Origin: Thainema sp.
GTDB taxonomy: Bacteria; Cyanobacteriota; Cyanobacteriia; Phormidesmidales; Phormidesmidaceae
Length of the DNA stretch: 64,000 nucleotides
NCBI GenBank assembly: GCA_052168235.1
Contig: JBQLZK010000004.1
Span: 96,001 to 160,000, forward strand
Direction: 5' to 3'
Shown: piece by piece, positions 19,804 to 29,516 of the stretch
How the letters are laid out: the number at the start of each line of letters is the position of its first letter
Position numbering within the stretch: position 1 is the first letter of the stretch
Made by a program: the position numbers and the translations under genes
Notes under the pieces: generated by a model
What the model was told of the DNA's origin: nothing
Databases searched by the model: none
Seen by the model: only the letters and a program-made list of their open reading frames with translations

Positions 19804-20457
19804 GTGTGGCCCGAGGAGGAAACTAGCTTGTTATCAAAGCGGACAATTGGAATTGCGATCGCAAGTGTGGCCACGGCATCCTTTGCTACTGGTTTTATCG
19901 GCGCGGAACAAGCACTCAAACAGCCAGATGGAACTGAGATTGCCCAACCTCTACAGCCAGACCTCTACGATGCCGCACAGCGGGTACTTTGGCATGGTGA
20001 CATTGGCCTGAATCATGTCAATCGACAGGTACAGTTGGCGAGACGCCAATCTGCGATCGCGCAATCTCGATACTCCAATTCTTCGAATTCACGTATGCGC
20101 GATCGCATTGATTTTCAAGAGTCGTATATAGAGGAGTCGTGGTCTATTTCTGATCCAGTTGCTGATCAGACTGCTGACTCTACAGTGTCTGACCCATTTG
20201 ACTCTGCCTCAGATCCGAGCAGCGAACCCTATATTTCTACCGCTGATTCACATCTAGGGGCAACACCTGACACCTTACCTGATGGCTCTCTCGCTGAGCC
20301 CGTAGACCATGAACCTGAATCCTCTGACTCTGCAACGCGTTCCGCAGATCACCGTTCAGAGCGTGCAGCCGACGCCCCGTCTCTTGAACCTGATTTTGTT
20401 TGGCAAGGTTCCCCCGGCTTTGTAAAAGACTACATCAAAGCAAGTGCCGTAAAGTAG
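19804..20457 (+). CDS. Hypothetical protein (N-terminal TM, acidic Ser/Pro-rich disordered C-terminus)
   Basis: 217-aa ORF with no recognisable family. Start uncertain. Confidence 0.55.
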   Translation: MWPEEETSLLSKRTIGIAIASVATASFATGFIGAEQALKQPDGTEIAQPLQPDLYDAAQRVLWHGDIGLNHVNRQVQLARRQSAIAQSRYSNSSNSRMRDRIDFQESYIEESWSISDPVADQTADSTVSDPFDSASDPSSEPYISTADSHLGATPDTLPDGSLAEPVDHEPESSDSATRSADHRSERAADAPSLEPDFVWQGSPGFVKDYIKASAVK

Positions 20458-20974
20458 ACACATGTTTCAGGTAGTGCAGTTTTGCGTTTTCAGACTTATC
20501 AGGCTTAATTAAGATCCAAACAATAACTGTCACGGCTCTATTAAACAACTAAGTAGCTAATCAACTTAAGCTTGCTGTAGTTTTAAGAATTGCCCTTTGA
20601 ATGTGTAGATTTGTGTACACAAGAACAAGCCAATATTGGAACTTATTAGAACGTTCTGGGGCCGGATCTGAACAGTTTCCCTGCGAATTCGAAGACCGAG
20701 AGCATGATACACTTAAGCCTACATTCTCGTGTTCTCGGTATCCAAAGTGAGAAGAGATCTTAGGGGATTTCAGCAGTCGATTACTTCATGCTGAGCAGCA
20801 CCCTATTTCGTAAGTATATGAAGCAATATCCTAATATTGTTTCACTCTATTAAGCTCTCCCCAGTTTAAAGCCTGATTAGGGGGCGCTAGGGTTTACCAT
20901 ATGTGACTGATAGGGTCTTGTCATACCTTAAAATACGCAAATTAATTTCAGATAGCGATGTAGGAGAGATTTAA

Positions 20975-21484
20975 ATGCGGGACGCAGTGACCACCCTAAT
21001 TCGGAATTACGACGCAACCGGTCGCTACCTCGATCGCGAAGCACTCGATACGCTGAAGTCTTATTTTGATAGCGGTTTGGTGCGGGCTCAAGCTGCCGCA
21101 GTCATTACATCCGACGCAGCTGCGATCGTCAAAGAGGCAGGTTCTAAATTATTTGAACAACTTCCTGAACTGATTCGTCCAGGTGGTAACGCTTACACCA
21201 CTCGTCGCTATGCAGCTTGCCTGCGCGATATGGACTACTACCTGCGGTACGGTAGCTATGCTCTCGTTGCAGACGACATGGACATTTTGGATGAGCGTGT
21301 TCTGAATGGCTTGAGAGAAACCTACAACTCTCTTAACGTTCCCATTGGCCCAACCGTCATCGGCATTCAAATCTTGAAAGATATTGTCAAAGAGCGCGTA
21401 GCATCTGCTGGAATTGATAATGCTGAGTTCGTTGACGCTCCCTTCGAATACATGGCGCGTGAGCTAGGCGAAGTTAGTGTCTAA
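20975..21484 (+). CDS. apcF: Allophycocyanin subunit beta-18
   Basis: MRDAVTTLIRNYDATGRYLD; PGGNAYTTRRYAACLRDMDYYLRY. RBS AGGAG upstream. Confidence 0.96.
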   Translation: MRDAVTTLIRNYDATGRYLDREALDTLKSYFDSGLVRAQAAAVITSDAAAIVKEAGSKLFEQLPELIRPGGNAYTTRRYAACLRDMDYYLRYGSYALVADDMDILDERVLNGLRETYNSLNVPIGPTVIGIQILKDIVKERVASAGIDNAEFVDAPFEYMARELGEVSV

Positions 21485-22013
21485 GTCATTATGAATTAGG
21501 TTGTATTGGTGACTGACTAGCACTTGCCGCCGCCTAATTCATGATCTAATCCAAATATTGGTCAATCCGCTAGGAAATCAGTTGCTTCTTGCATCACCTT
21601 CTAGCGGATTGTTTCCGTTAAGCTTGTTACGTTGACTGCTGACAGATACAGCAGTAGTCACATTGGTTGGTACGTTGGGAAATACCGAAACCATTCCAAC
21701 GCTTAAACGTTGAATTTCGTAAATATCTTACCCCCAATAGCGACGGCTGTATAATGGGTAGTGCTGTACGAGTAGCGCTGATTACAGTTCTGCTACATGC
21801 AGCCGAAAGGAGCAAGTTCTGACCTTTATCCTCATTTAATCAGGCCCATTTGCTTTACTTTTGTAAAAAAACCGACATTTTTCTCTACTGTTAATGGTCT
21901 GTCAAACCCAGTCAAGCTCTTATACAGCAAGGGTTTAAGCTTGTTGCAGGGAATGTTAAGAGAAGTTGAAATTTCTAATTGAACTCGATATACTTGGCAC
22001 GGCCCACATTTTT

Positions 22014-22027
22014 GTAACCATAACTAC
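22014..22027 (+). promoter_or_regulatory. Putative NtcA box (GTA-N8-TAC) upstream of the DUF3155 gene
   Basis: tGTAACCATAACTACa matches the consensus with T/A flanks. Confidence 0.45.
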
Positions 22028-22061
22028 ACTTGACACAAAGTTTAGAGAGGAGGTAAAGAGG

Positions 22062-22391
22062 TTGGCAAGGAGACGTAAGCGCAAGAGCCGTCGTCGTTTA
22101 GAGGGGCGACGCATTTTAGAGAGTGTGCCTCAATTTAGCATTGAGAGCGGAGAAGATAAGCCTGTCACGGCTGCTAGGAAGTATATTCACGCTGAAGGAA
22201 TTTCCCCCCCCGCCCTTTTGCTAGTCAAGCGCAACGAACACACGACAGATCGATATTTTTGGGCAGAGAAGGGGTTGTTCGGAGCTCAGTATGTTGAAGA
22301 AAACCACTTCTTATTCCCAAGTCTGAAAGTAGATGAAGATGAAGAAGAGGAGATGGGAAGCGTAGCTGTTGCAGTTGCAAAGCAGTCATAG
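22062..22391 (+). CDS. DUF3155 conserved cyanobacterial protein
   Basis: TTG start after GAGGAGG. MARRRKRKSRRRLEGRRILE...HTTDRYFWAEKGLFGAQYVEENHFLFPSL. Confidence 0.88.
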   Translation: MARRRKRKSRRRLEGRRILESVPQFSIESGEDKPVTAARKYIHAEGISPPALLLVKRNEHTTDRYFWAEKGLFGAQYVEENHFLFPSLKVDEDEEEEMGSVAVAVAKQS

Positions 22392-22570
22392 CTACTTGGA
22401 TGTTCAATGTGCAGTAATTAATTAGTGCACAGTAAACATTAATAGGTAGATGGATTGAAACCAGGATTACTTGTCACTGTTACTGACCCATTTCCCGCCA
22501 ACTGGAGATTGTTGGTCAGTCGGGCCAAATGTACTTAATCTACTTAAACTTCTCCCAAGAGGCAGAATCG

Positions 22571-23134
22571 CTATGATTCTGCCTCTTTTTTCTGAAGTGA
22601 TAGAGCCTGTTGCAAAGCAATTATTTCATCCCGATGAGCAACAACAGTGACGAACGATTCTGAAAGGTTGCGATCGCGGTTAGTGGGTGAAGGTTGAACT
22701 GAAAACTGTACGGTTTCAGTACGCGCGGCTCCTTTCCAGTAAAAGAATCCGGCCAGTGGGGCTAATAAAGGAAAAATAAACGGCCACTGGAACTGGGAGG
22801 GTAACAATAGGCTGACGACTAGAGCCAGACAAAAGAACCCAATTGCTGCTAATAGACTGAGGAAAATGGCTAAAAATAAACTGGGTCTAACAAATCCAGT
22901 CAGCGTCACAGCAGATGCGTTGCTAGAAGTCTCGCTTGCAGCTGCAGGATCAACTTCATAAGCGCGGCTCTGGAAATGTTGCTGCAGCTGTTGGGCAATT
23001 TCTGTTTCGGGTTGATCTACTACAAATTGAGCCGATTCAGTCCGATCTTTGACTGATGCCCGGATAAAGAAGAATAAACCGACCAGAAGCAGTAAGGTTA
23101 GTAAAAATGTTGATGCGAGAACAGGGCTGTCCAC
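22571..23134 (-). CDS. ccb1: Cofactor assembly of complex C subunit B (CCB1/DUF3529)
   Basis: GLFFFIRASVKDRT, GFVRPS, FYWKGA and AHRDE motifs. GTG start at 23134 after AGGAG. Confidence 0.82.
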   Translation of the reverse strand: MDSPVLASTFLLTLLLLVGLFFFIRASVKDRTESAQFVVDQPETEIAQQLQQHFQSRAYEVDPAAASETSSNASAVTLTGFVRPSLFLAIFLSLLAAIGFFCLALVVSLLLPSQFQWPFIFPLLAPLAGFFYWKGAARTETVQFSVQPSPTNRDRNLSESFVTVVAHRDEIIALQQALSLQKKEAES

Positions 23135-23246
23135 AGTGTTAGACTCTCCTTCTCCCAAACGAACGAAAGGTTTAGTCTTCTAGCCTACCGGAAATTGGAA
23201 GCCAATCAGCATATTTGTACGCTGATTGTGTTGTACAGCCATCTTA

Positions 23247-23299
23247 AGTTGATTATGTAACAGGCCGCCCCGCTGGGGCAGCCTGTTACATAATCAACT
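23247..23299. repeat. Long palindrome (25-bp arms, 1 mismatch, 3-nt loop)
   Basis: AGTTGATTATGTAACAGGCCGCCCC-GCT-GGGGCAGCCTGTTACATAATCAACT. Confidence 0.85.
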
Positions 23300-23371
23300 C
23301 AGCTCACTAGCAATTCAGTAGAGCTATACCAAGGAACAGTTGATTTTTTTGAGGCATACCGAATTAGCTTA

Positions 23372-23441
23372 GAAAACCCCAGAATAATTTTTTGCGAAAT
23401 TGGGCGTTACACATTTCGCAAAAAATTATTCTGGGGTTTTC
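23372..23441. repeat. Long palindrome (29-bp perfect arms) with AAAACCCC/GGGGTTTT ends
   Basis: GAAAACCCCAGAATAATTTTTTGCGAAAT...ATTTCGCAAAAAATTATTCTGGGGTTTTC. Confidence 0.85.
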
Positions 23442-23504
23442 GACCAAATCTCTTGTTGTAGGTTAAACAAGAGCAAAATAGAAAGTTTGTATTAGCTCCC
23501 AAAG

Positions 23505-23876
23505 CTAGGAGTCGATGCCGACATAAACTTGAGATTGGTTCAATTTGGCATACTGCCTCCACAATTGAGCTAATTCTTCCGCCTTGTCTCTCCAGTTAGG
23601 CTGGATTTGATACATGCGGCGGGGACGCCCACGACCTTCAACTTTTTTCCAGTACCCTATGACTGCTGATTGTTCTTCCAGAAACCTTAAAGCGCTATAA
23701 AGAACGGTGTCAGATAAGCGATAAGATGAGTAGTCATGCTCCAACATCTGAATCAATTCTGTTCCGTAAGAGTCTCGGTGCAGAAGAACATCAAGAATGT
23801 AGCATACGGCAAGTTCTTTATTGAGATGAACCGGGGGGGGATTCTGGAAAAAACGATAGATATCCTCAAATTTCAT
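23505..23876 (-). CDS. pex: Circadian period extender Pex (PadR family regulator)
   Basis: KELAVCYIL..L..DSYGTELI...LSDTVLYSAL.FLE...YWKKVEGRGRPRRMY. Confidence 0.88.
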   Translation of the reverse strand: MKFEDIYRFFQNPPPVHLNKELAVCYILDVLLHRDSYGTELIQMLEHDYSSYRLSDTVLYSALRFLEEQSAVIGYWKKVEGRGRPRRMYQIQPNWRDKAEELAQLWRQYAKLNQSQVYVGIDS

Positions 23877-24037
23877 ACAAATTATCCAAAATCAGAACGG
23901 ATTAGCCGATAAGTGATGAGACTGCGACCGAACAGCTTAGCTTCGAATAACCAGTAAAAACCAGTAAAGCTTGTTGTTCAAAACGAGGAGTAATTTAGCT
24001 TTAACGTATGACTAACTTACTATCGTTCTTATCCATT

Positions 24038-24523
24038 CTAGACGCTGAAGCGTGGAGTGGCATGCCAAATTTCTCGGATAATTTTCCCACCTGCATCAAT
24101 ATGAGCGGAGTAAGAGACAATGACAACTTCTTGATGGCCATTCGTTTGATCAGCAACTAAAACAACATCTGCTTTAACCAAACGATCGCTATTTTTACCC
24201 TGAGACAAGATTTGGTAGTTTTGAATGCGATATCGGTGCAAAAACTTCGCCCAAGCCTTTGGAATTTCTTTACCTTGGTATCGTTTCTGATTAAGCCCTT
24301 CCTGCCATAGGATCACGGCATCCTTATGATACCGATTCAGGGCTTGACTGGTGTCTTGCGTGGCTATGGCCTGCCAGTGCTGTTGTGCAACGGTAAGCGG
24401 ATCGGCCACTACCATCCGCTGATAGAACATGAGGCTGCCGACCAGTGCGATCGCACATAGACCAGACATCACCTGTCGCCCCACCAAAGAAGGAAATGAA
24501 CCCGGTTTCACTGAGTTTTGCAT
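24038..24523 (-). CDS. Exported NTF2/SnoaL-like protein
   Basis: Signal or TM segment, then a HWQAIA...YHKDAVILW...YQGKEI..W..F pattern. Confidence 0.6.
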   Translation of the reverse strand: MQNSVKPGSFPSLVGRQVMSGLCAIALVGSLMFYQRMVVADPLTVAQQHWQAIATQDTSQALNRYHKDAVILWQEGLNQKRYQGKEIPKAWAKFLHRYRIQNYQILSQGKNSDRLVKADVVLVADQTNGHQEVVIVSYSAHIDAGGKIIREIWHATPRFSV

Positions 24524-25194
24524 CGGTAACCTCTACGATCCAGCTCTCGAAATACAGCAGGCTCAGGAACGAATCAAAACATTTCTATATGAGCTTAGAT
24601 GTTTGCTATCTCCTTACGGCTTAGCGCAATTTCCATCGGCAATTATTGAGCGCAGTTACTAGATCGTTCGTGCCTTAGACTACTACTACTCAGGACTATC
24701 AGGACTAGCAACATCAGGGTAACAACAGCTTCAAAATATGTCACAGCTCTTATGTAATAGCGTTACAAATCGATGGATAGATTGCTGTAGATACTTGTGA
24801 ACTAATTGACGTAAATCGACAAAGCTTACAGCATTGATACAAGATATTTCATCATCCAATCGATCGAATAACAATTGGATTTGTTCCTCAAATAGGAATA
24901 AATTTAGCGAAAGTTTAAGCAAAAAACTCGGTGACTGCGATTTTAGCTGCTGGACTTAAAAATCCAGGTCTTATCTTAAAAGCCATGATTCGTTACCTTA
25001 AAGCAGCATGTGACAACTCTTCAGTTGTCTACTGGCGATGGCAATTTCTATCAAAAGGGGGTAAAGCCTGGTAGAACGTCTACGCTCTGTGGGGTGATTG
25101 GGAATCGGCAAAAATTTAGACGAATCGCAGATGAACGGTCTGCTCAGAGCTTAGGATGAAGGATAGAGAATCGTGATTAATAAGGAGAACTGCT

Positions 25195-25797
25195 GTGCGT
25201 GAGATATTAATCAGCTTCGGTGTGTTCGCCGTGTGCTGCTTAGTGTTAGTCATTGGCCAAATTACGACAACGGGACAGGATAGCGCGATCGCAGAGGAGC
25301 TAAACAGTAATATGCCCACTGCAACCCAGCTTGATAACAGTTCTGACCTGACCCGTCCCAGTTTTTTTGTGGCCGAGGGTTCCGCTGCTGATTTAGACCT
25401 TTCTTCTGAAACTGATATGACTGCTGAAGAGACAAACTCTGCAACTGAAGGCGCTGATGTTGTAACCACAGATTCTGGGTTACAGTACATTGATGTCGTT
25501 GAGGGCGATGGTGCCCAACCTCAATCTGGACAAACGGTAGTGGTTCACTACACAGGAATGCTGGAAGACGGTACAAAATTTGACAGCTCCCGCGATCGCA
25601 ACCAACCGTTTTCGTTTCCGTTAGGTGCAGGCCGAGTCATTAAAGGTTGGGATGAGGGGATCGCGACGATGAAGGTTGGTGGCCAGCGGCGGCTGATCAT
25701 TCCGCCAGATTTAGGCTACGGCAGTCGCGGCGCTGGCGGCGTGATCCCGCCTAATGCAACGCTAATCTTTGATGTTGAACTTCTACGTATTTCTTAA
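25195..25797 (+). CDS. FKBP-type peptidyl-prolyl cis-trans isomerase
   Basis: [44 protein letters not shown]. Confidence 0.95.
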   Translation: MREILISFGVFAVCCLVLVIGQITTTGQDSAIAEELNSNMPTATQLDNSSDLTRPSFFVAEGSAADLDLSSETDMTAEETNSATEGADVVTTDSGLQYIDVVEGDGAQPQSGQTVVVHYTGMLEDGTKFDSSRDRNQPFSFPLGAGRVIKGWDEGIATMKVGGQRRLIIPPDLGYGSRGAGGVIPPNATLIFDVELLRIS

Positions 25798-25861
25798 AGA
25801 GTTCAGTACCCAGCAGGACTGGCAACGTTAGCCCTGCTTGATCTTTACGTTAATAATCCCC

Positions 25862-25907
25862 AAAAAGTTAGCTTGCCGCTGTGTGCAGCGGCAAGCTAAC
25901 TTTTTTT
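25862..25907. terminator. Bidirectional terminator-like hairpin
   Basis: AAAAAGTTAGCTTGCCGCTG...CAGCGGCAAGCTAACTTTTTTT between convergent genes. Confidence 0.7.
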
Positions 25908-25928
25908 CAACCAATGGGCGGTTGCGCA

Positions 25929-26483
25929 TTAACTGCGCCGCTCAATTTCGGCTTTGATGGCCAGCATGTTTTCTTGCAAACTGTCGGCAAAAATCTTCTG
26001 AAACATGCCGTCGAACAGCCCGGCTTCGGCATCCGCTTCTACGACTTGAGTAATCAATGCCTGCTCGGCTGTTTCAGTGGCAACAGCATCAACTTGCCAG
26101 TAGCCGCTCATTTTTTTCAAATCGCCATCGATTAAGCGAAAATCGATCCGGCGCTCATCTGGCTTAGCTAGATTTTGAGTACGAATGGTGGAGTCTACAT
26201 TCATCATCAGGATCTGACGACGATCAACCTGCTCCACAATTTTCTGATTTCCCCGATCATCTAGAATGCGGCTGGAAACAACTGTAGGCAAAAAGTTAGA
26301 CAAACTTTCAAAGTCATTGAGCACAACCCATGCCGTATCTGCGCTCGCATCGGCGAGAACTTGGGCCTGGTAATGATTGTGTTGCTGTGCGATCGCAACT
26401 TTTCCGTGCTGTAGCTGCTCGGGTTGAAGAACATTGCTCTGTTCAGCTAAGGCCTGTGCTGTTGGATCAGCTGTAGCAGTCAT
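25929..26483 (-). CDS. SRPBCC/polyketide cyclase-dehydrase family protein
   Basis: AWVVLNDFE.L..FLP.VVSSR; IDFRLIDGDL..MSGYW. Confidence 0.85.
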   Translation of the reverse strand: MTATADPTAQALAEQSNVLQPEQLQHGKVAIAQQHNHYQAQVLADASADTAWVVLNDFESLSNFLPTVVSSRILDDRGNQKIVEQVDRRQILMMNVDSTIRTQNLAKPDERRIDFRLIDGDLKKMSGYWQVDAVATETAEQALITQVVEADAEAGLFDGMFQKIFADSLQENMLAIKAEIERRS

Positions 26484-26635
26484 AAAGTAGTTGGGCGTAA
26501 CGACGATTTTAGATTAACAAATCTCAACAAAGCCGCCTTCTATCAAGCGCAGGACTTGGGAGGCAGAATTTGGAAACGCTTGAACGGTTTCAGAATTTCT
26601 CAACGTCCGTGTCCTAACTTAGCTGGCTACAGATC

Positions 26636-26728
26636 TATAGTGATTCCAGTTAAGAGTGAGAAAACGAGAGAGGAGAGTGCCTCATCCTGAGGCACTCTCC
26701 TCTCTCGCTCTTACCTAGAACTGCTCTA
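26636..26728. mobile_element. MITE-like element with TA-bounded imperfect TIR and central 19-bp perfect stem
   Basis: TATAGTGATTCCAGTTAAGAG / CTCTTACCTAGAACTGCTCTA. Core CGAGAGAGGAGAGTGCCTCA-TCC-TGAGGCACTCTCCTCTCTCG. Confidence 0.6.
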
Positions 26729-26941
26729 AATGTTGCTGGGATATTCCGGAGATCAGCACCGATCATTTGAAAGCAGTTAATAGCGGCTGATATTGCGACT
26801 GTATTGGCCGCAGTTGTAGTCTTTATGGCTACGATGAGCCAGATTGCTTATGTAATCAATGTTTAACATTGTTGACATTGCTCGGTGCGGTAAGCAATTT
26901 AGCCAACGCTATACTTTGTGCCTCCGGGCTAGGATTTTCAT

Positions 26942-27379
26942 ATGATTCCTCTAGAGGATTCTGAGATCAAGCAGTTGGCTCGATCTCTGCGACGCATCCA
27001 TCAACCGACTCGTTCAAGTGCATCGACGGGAACAACCAAAATTTGGTATCAGGGAAACGAGCCTTATTTTGATTTGACGGTTGAAGTAAAAACCGATGGT
27101 GAGATCGCAGCGCTACTACTCACGCTCAAGGGGTACTTTCTCGCTTGGAATTGCCAAAACCGCAAATTTAGCACCGGATGCACCAGTGAGACTGACATTC
27201 CCGGTGTGTCGTACTATGCAGCCAGCACGGTCATGAATCAGTTTAACGAGGTCAATGTAACGGTTTTGCAGCAGTTACAGTCATTGCTGCTAGCGATCCC
27301 GCCAGCCGACCCGATTATTCAGCAGGTACAGCAGTTGGTGATTTCATCCAATTCAGACACTGAATCAAAATCAAAGTAG
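26942..27379 (+). CDS. Hypothetical protein
   Basis: 145-aa ATG ORF containing LA.SLR.I, WYQG.EPYFD and LTLKG stretches. Family not assigned. Confidence 0.7.
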   Translation: MIPLEDSEIKQLARSLRRIHQPTRSSASTGTTKIWYQGNEPYFDLTVEVKTDGEIAALLLTLKGYFLAWNCQNRKFSTGCTSETDIPGVSYYAASTVMNQFNEVNVTVLQQLQSLLLAIPPADPIIQQVQQLVISSNSDTESKSK

Positions 27380-27413
27380 GGAAGGGTGCCGCGCTGCGGC
27401 ACCCTTCCCTACT
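27375..27413. repeat. Perfect palindrome overlapping a stop codon; possible terminator
   Basis: AGTAGGGAAGGGTGCCGC-GCT-GCGGCACCCTTCCCTACT. Confidence 0.8.
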
Positions 27414-27438
27414 CTTTGGTTGACAGACCATTTTGGGA

Positions 27439-27609
27439 TTAGCCCAAACCTAACCAGGACAGAAGTCCTTGGCCCGTGAAGTATTCAATTGCTAGGGTCG
27501 CCAAAAAACCAATCATGGCAGCACGACCGTTTAAACGTTCGGCATAGCGATTGAAGCCAAGCTTAGGATCTTGAAAGTTGGGTGTAGTAGATGGTTGTGG
27601 TTGATTCAT
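27439..27609 (-). CDS. hli: High-light-inducible protein (HLIP/SCP), 56 aa; not in ORF track
   Basis: MNQPQPSTTPNFQDPKLGFNRYAERLNGRAAMIGFLATLAIEYFTGQGLLSWLGLG, containing the ExxNGRxAMxG chlorophyll-binding motif. Confidence 0.95.
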   Translation of the reverse strand: MNQPQPSTTPNFQDPKLGFNRYAERLNGRAAMIGFLATLAIEYFTGQGLLSWLGLG

Positions 27610-27623
27610 GGCGGTAAGTTGCT

Positions 27624-27652
27624 GTTACAAATCTTTACTCACCTCCATTGTA
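27624..27652 (-). promoter_or_regulatory. Putative HLR1 (RpaB) site and -10 box of hli
   Basis: GTTACAAA-TC-TTTACTCA at 27624-27641. TACAAT on the minus strand at 27647-27652. Confidence 0.55.
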
Positions 27653-27733
27653 AAGAAGAAAAGCTGCGATCGCAGCTTTTCTATCCCAGAAGCGGCACAA
27701 CCACTCTCTACAGCCCATCTTCATTGCTAATCC

Positions 27734-29161
27734 CTATAACCGATCTCGGCCCTGCTCAGCTATCAGTTCTTGAATTTGTTGATCAAGCTGCTTGAGTAGT
27801 TCACGCAGAGCGGGGAGCGATTCGACATTGAGTGGCTGAGCCGCCAGTTCATCCCGTGCCCGGCTGCGAATTTCATTCAGTTGCTGCTGTAATTTGTAGG
27901 CTAGACCCAAGGCATCACGTCCTAAGCGATTAATAATCTGCCGCTCATAGAACTTGAGTGCCGCCCCACGTAGTACCTGTAGCGTCGCCTCCTCGCCATG
28001 TTTACCCGGCATCACCCGAAACCGAAGAAGGAGCCGTGATCCTTGATAAATCCGCTCTAGTTCGATTTGCTTAATTGATTGCACGGGCAGCATGGGCAAT
28101 CCCGCCAGTCGCTTCAGTTCGCTAACGACTCCTTCAAATCGCGGTACATCTAACTTCTCAATCGCCGACTGCATCACCCCATCTTGGCTCCAGAGAATGC
28201 GGCCCTGATGTTGATGGTGTTCAAAATACAGCCGACCAATGCCGTCTTTTAACACTTGTCCGAGTAGTTCATACAGAATCGTCTTGGGTTGCTGCTGCGG
28301 CAACGAGTCCAAAGGCAATGAAAAGCTCGTGATACTAAGCTCTAGCGGATTCGTTTGTCCAGGAGGAGAAGGTGGCTCTAAATGATGAGATGGGGCGGAT
28401 GGTTTGGCCGTATTGGCGTGCTTGACAGCCGAATGAGGTGGTTCGAATGGGTTGGGTATTGACTCAGACGAAAAATTTTTATCCGAATAATTTTCAGGTG
28501 GTTCATGTGTTATCGAGTCGGGCGGTGTTTTCGCCTGGGTAGAAGGAGTAAATGCATTCGGTGACTGGAACTCTTCGGGAATAATCGGTTGATTGAATTC
28601 ACTCTCGTCCAGCGCTAAGGTTTGATCTAATTCCGCTTCATGATTTAGCCAAGCTGATGCAGTTGGTTCGGCAAATTGCTCAGAAAACTCAATGTCCAGA
28701 TCTTCTAGATCTTCCAGTTCTTCGATCTGCTCTGGAGAATCCACAATAAACGTTCTCTGCTGGTTTTGATCGGGATTAACCGGAAAAGAATGAGCCGGAG
28801 TCCGCTGATTGGTTGTGCTGGCTGAATGACCACCCGACAGCGCTGGTGCGCCTCTTTGTGAATAATTCAGGTACTGAGTTAGCATCGCGTGATGCCCATC
28901 CAGGGAAATTGGGCGGGGCACAATTGAACAGTTGATGTAAGACAGTAAGCGCCTGACATAATCTGCTGCTGCTTTATCGTCTGGATCGACCATGCCCAAA
29001 TTGAGTCGGCTGCCATCGAGAGATAAAGGAAGAACGCGGTAGTACAAACAAGCTTCCAAGGGCAGCAGTTGCTCAATCAGCGTAAACATTTGCTGCTGAT
29101 TAGCCTGCGTGAGCCAGTCTTCATCGGAATGGGAATTGGAGGCGGAAGTGGGATCGATCAT
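27734..29161 (-). CDS. PilB/GspE N-terminal-domain protein lacking the ATPase domain
   Basis: LPLEACLYYRVLPL...LGMVDP (T2SSE_N-like), an acidic linker, then a GIGRLYFE...LLRFRVMPGKHGEEATLQVL N2-like domain. No Walker A motif. Confidence 0.65.
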   Translation of the reverse strand: MIDPTSASNSHSDEDWLTQANQQQMFTLIEQLLPLEACLYYRVLPLSLDGSRLNLGMVDPDDKAAADYVRRLLSYINCSIVPRPISLDGHHAMLTQYLNYSQRGAPALSGGHSASTTNQRTPAHSFPVNPDQNQQRTFIVDSPEQIEELEDLEDLDIEFSEQFAEPTASAWLNHEAELDQTLALDESEFNQPIIPEEFQSPNAFTPSTQAKTPPDSITHEPPENYSDKNFSSESIPNPFEPPHSAVKHANTAKPSAPSHHLEPPSPPGQTNPLELSITSFSLPLDSLPQQQPKTILYELLGQVLKDGIGRLYFEHHQHQGRILWSQDGVMQSAIEKLDVPRFEGVVSELKRLAGLPMLPVQSIKQIELERIYQGSRLLLRFRVMPGKHGEEATLQVLRGAALKFYERQIINRLGRDALGLAYKLQQQLNEIRSRARDELAAQPLNVESLPALRELLKQLDQQIQELIAEQGRDRL

Positions 29162-29516
29162 GTGGAGCGGCCAGATGATGACAACGATCTATCTACTATT
29201 GATCCTGGACAATTAGCGAGTTCATGTGTCAGAACCCGACTGTTTTTTGTCAAAAGCTTGCAGTGCGAGCTCTTACAAAAAATAACTGTGAACTTTTGAT
29301 CAGATTTGATAAGTTGGCTGGTCTAGATCAACTCAACCAGAAAACTGGGGAGCACTCTGTTTTTCAATGTTTCAATATGTGTAGCTACCGATCGGGCAAC
29401 TTGTCTAAATGTAACTATTTTTCTCTACGTCTGATTCAATACTGAATCAGCGTAATATGCCAATTCATCTTCTGCAATTTTGAAAAATGCTGCATATTTG
29501 TTCTGCCCAAAATTGG

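Noticed and set aside
22443..22547. Possible second family D element (TAGGTAGAT...ATCTACTTA)
   Set aside because: It is too degenerate to support; the internal hairpin is weak.
24752..24766. NtcA-like TGTA...TACA
   Set aside because: The spacer is 7 nt rather than 8.
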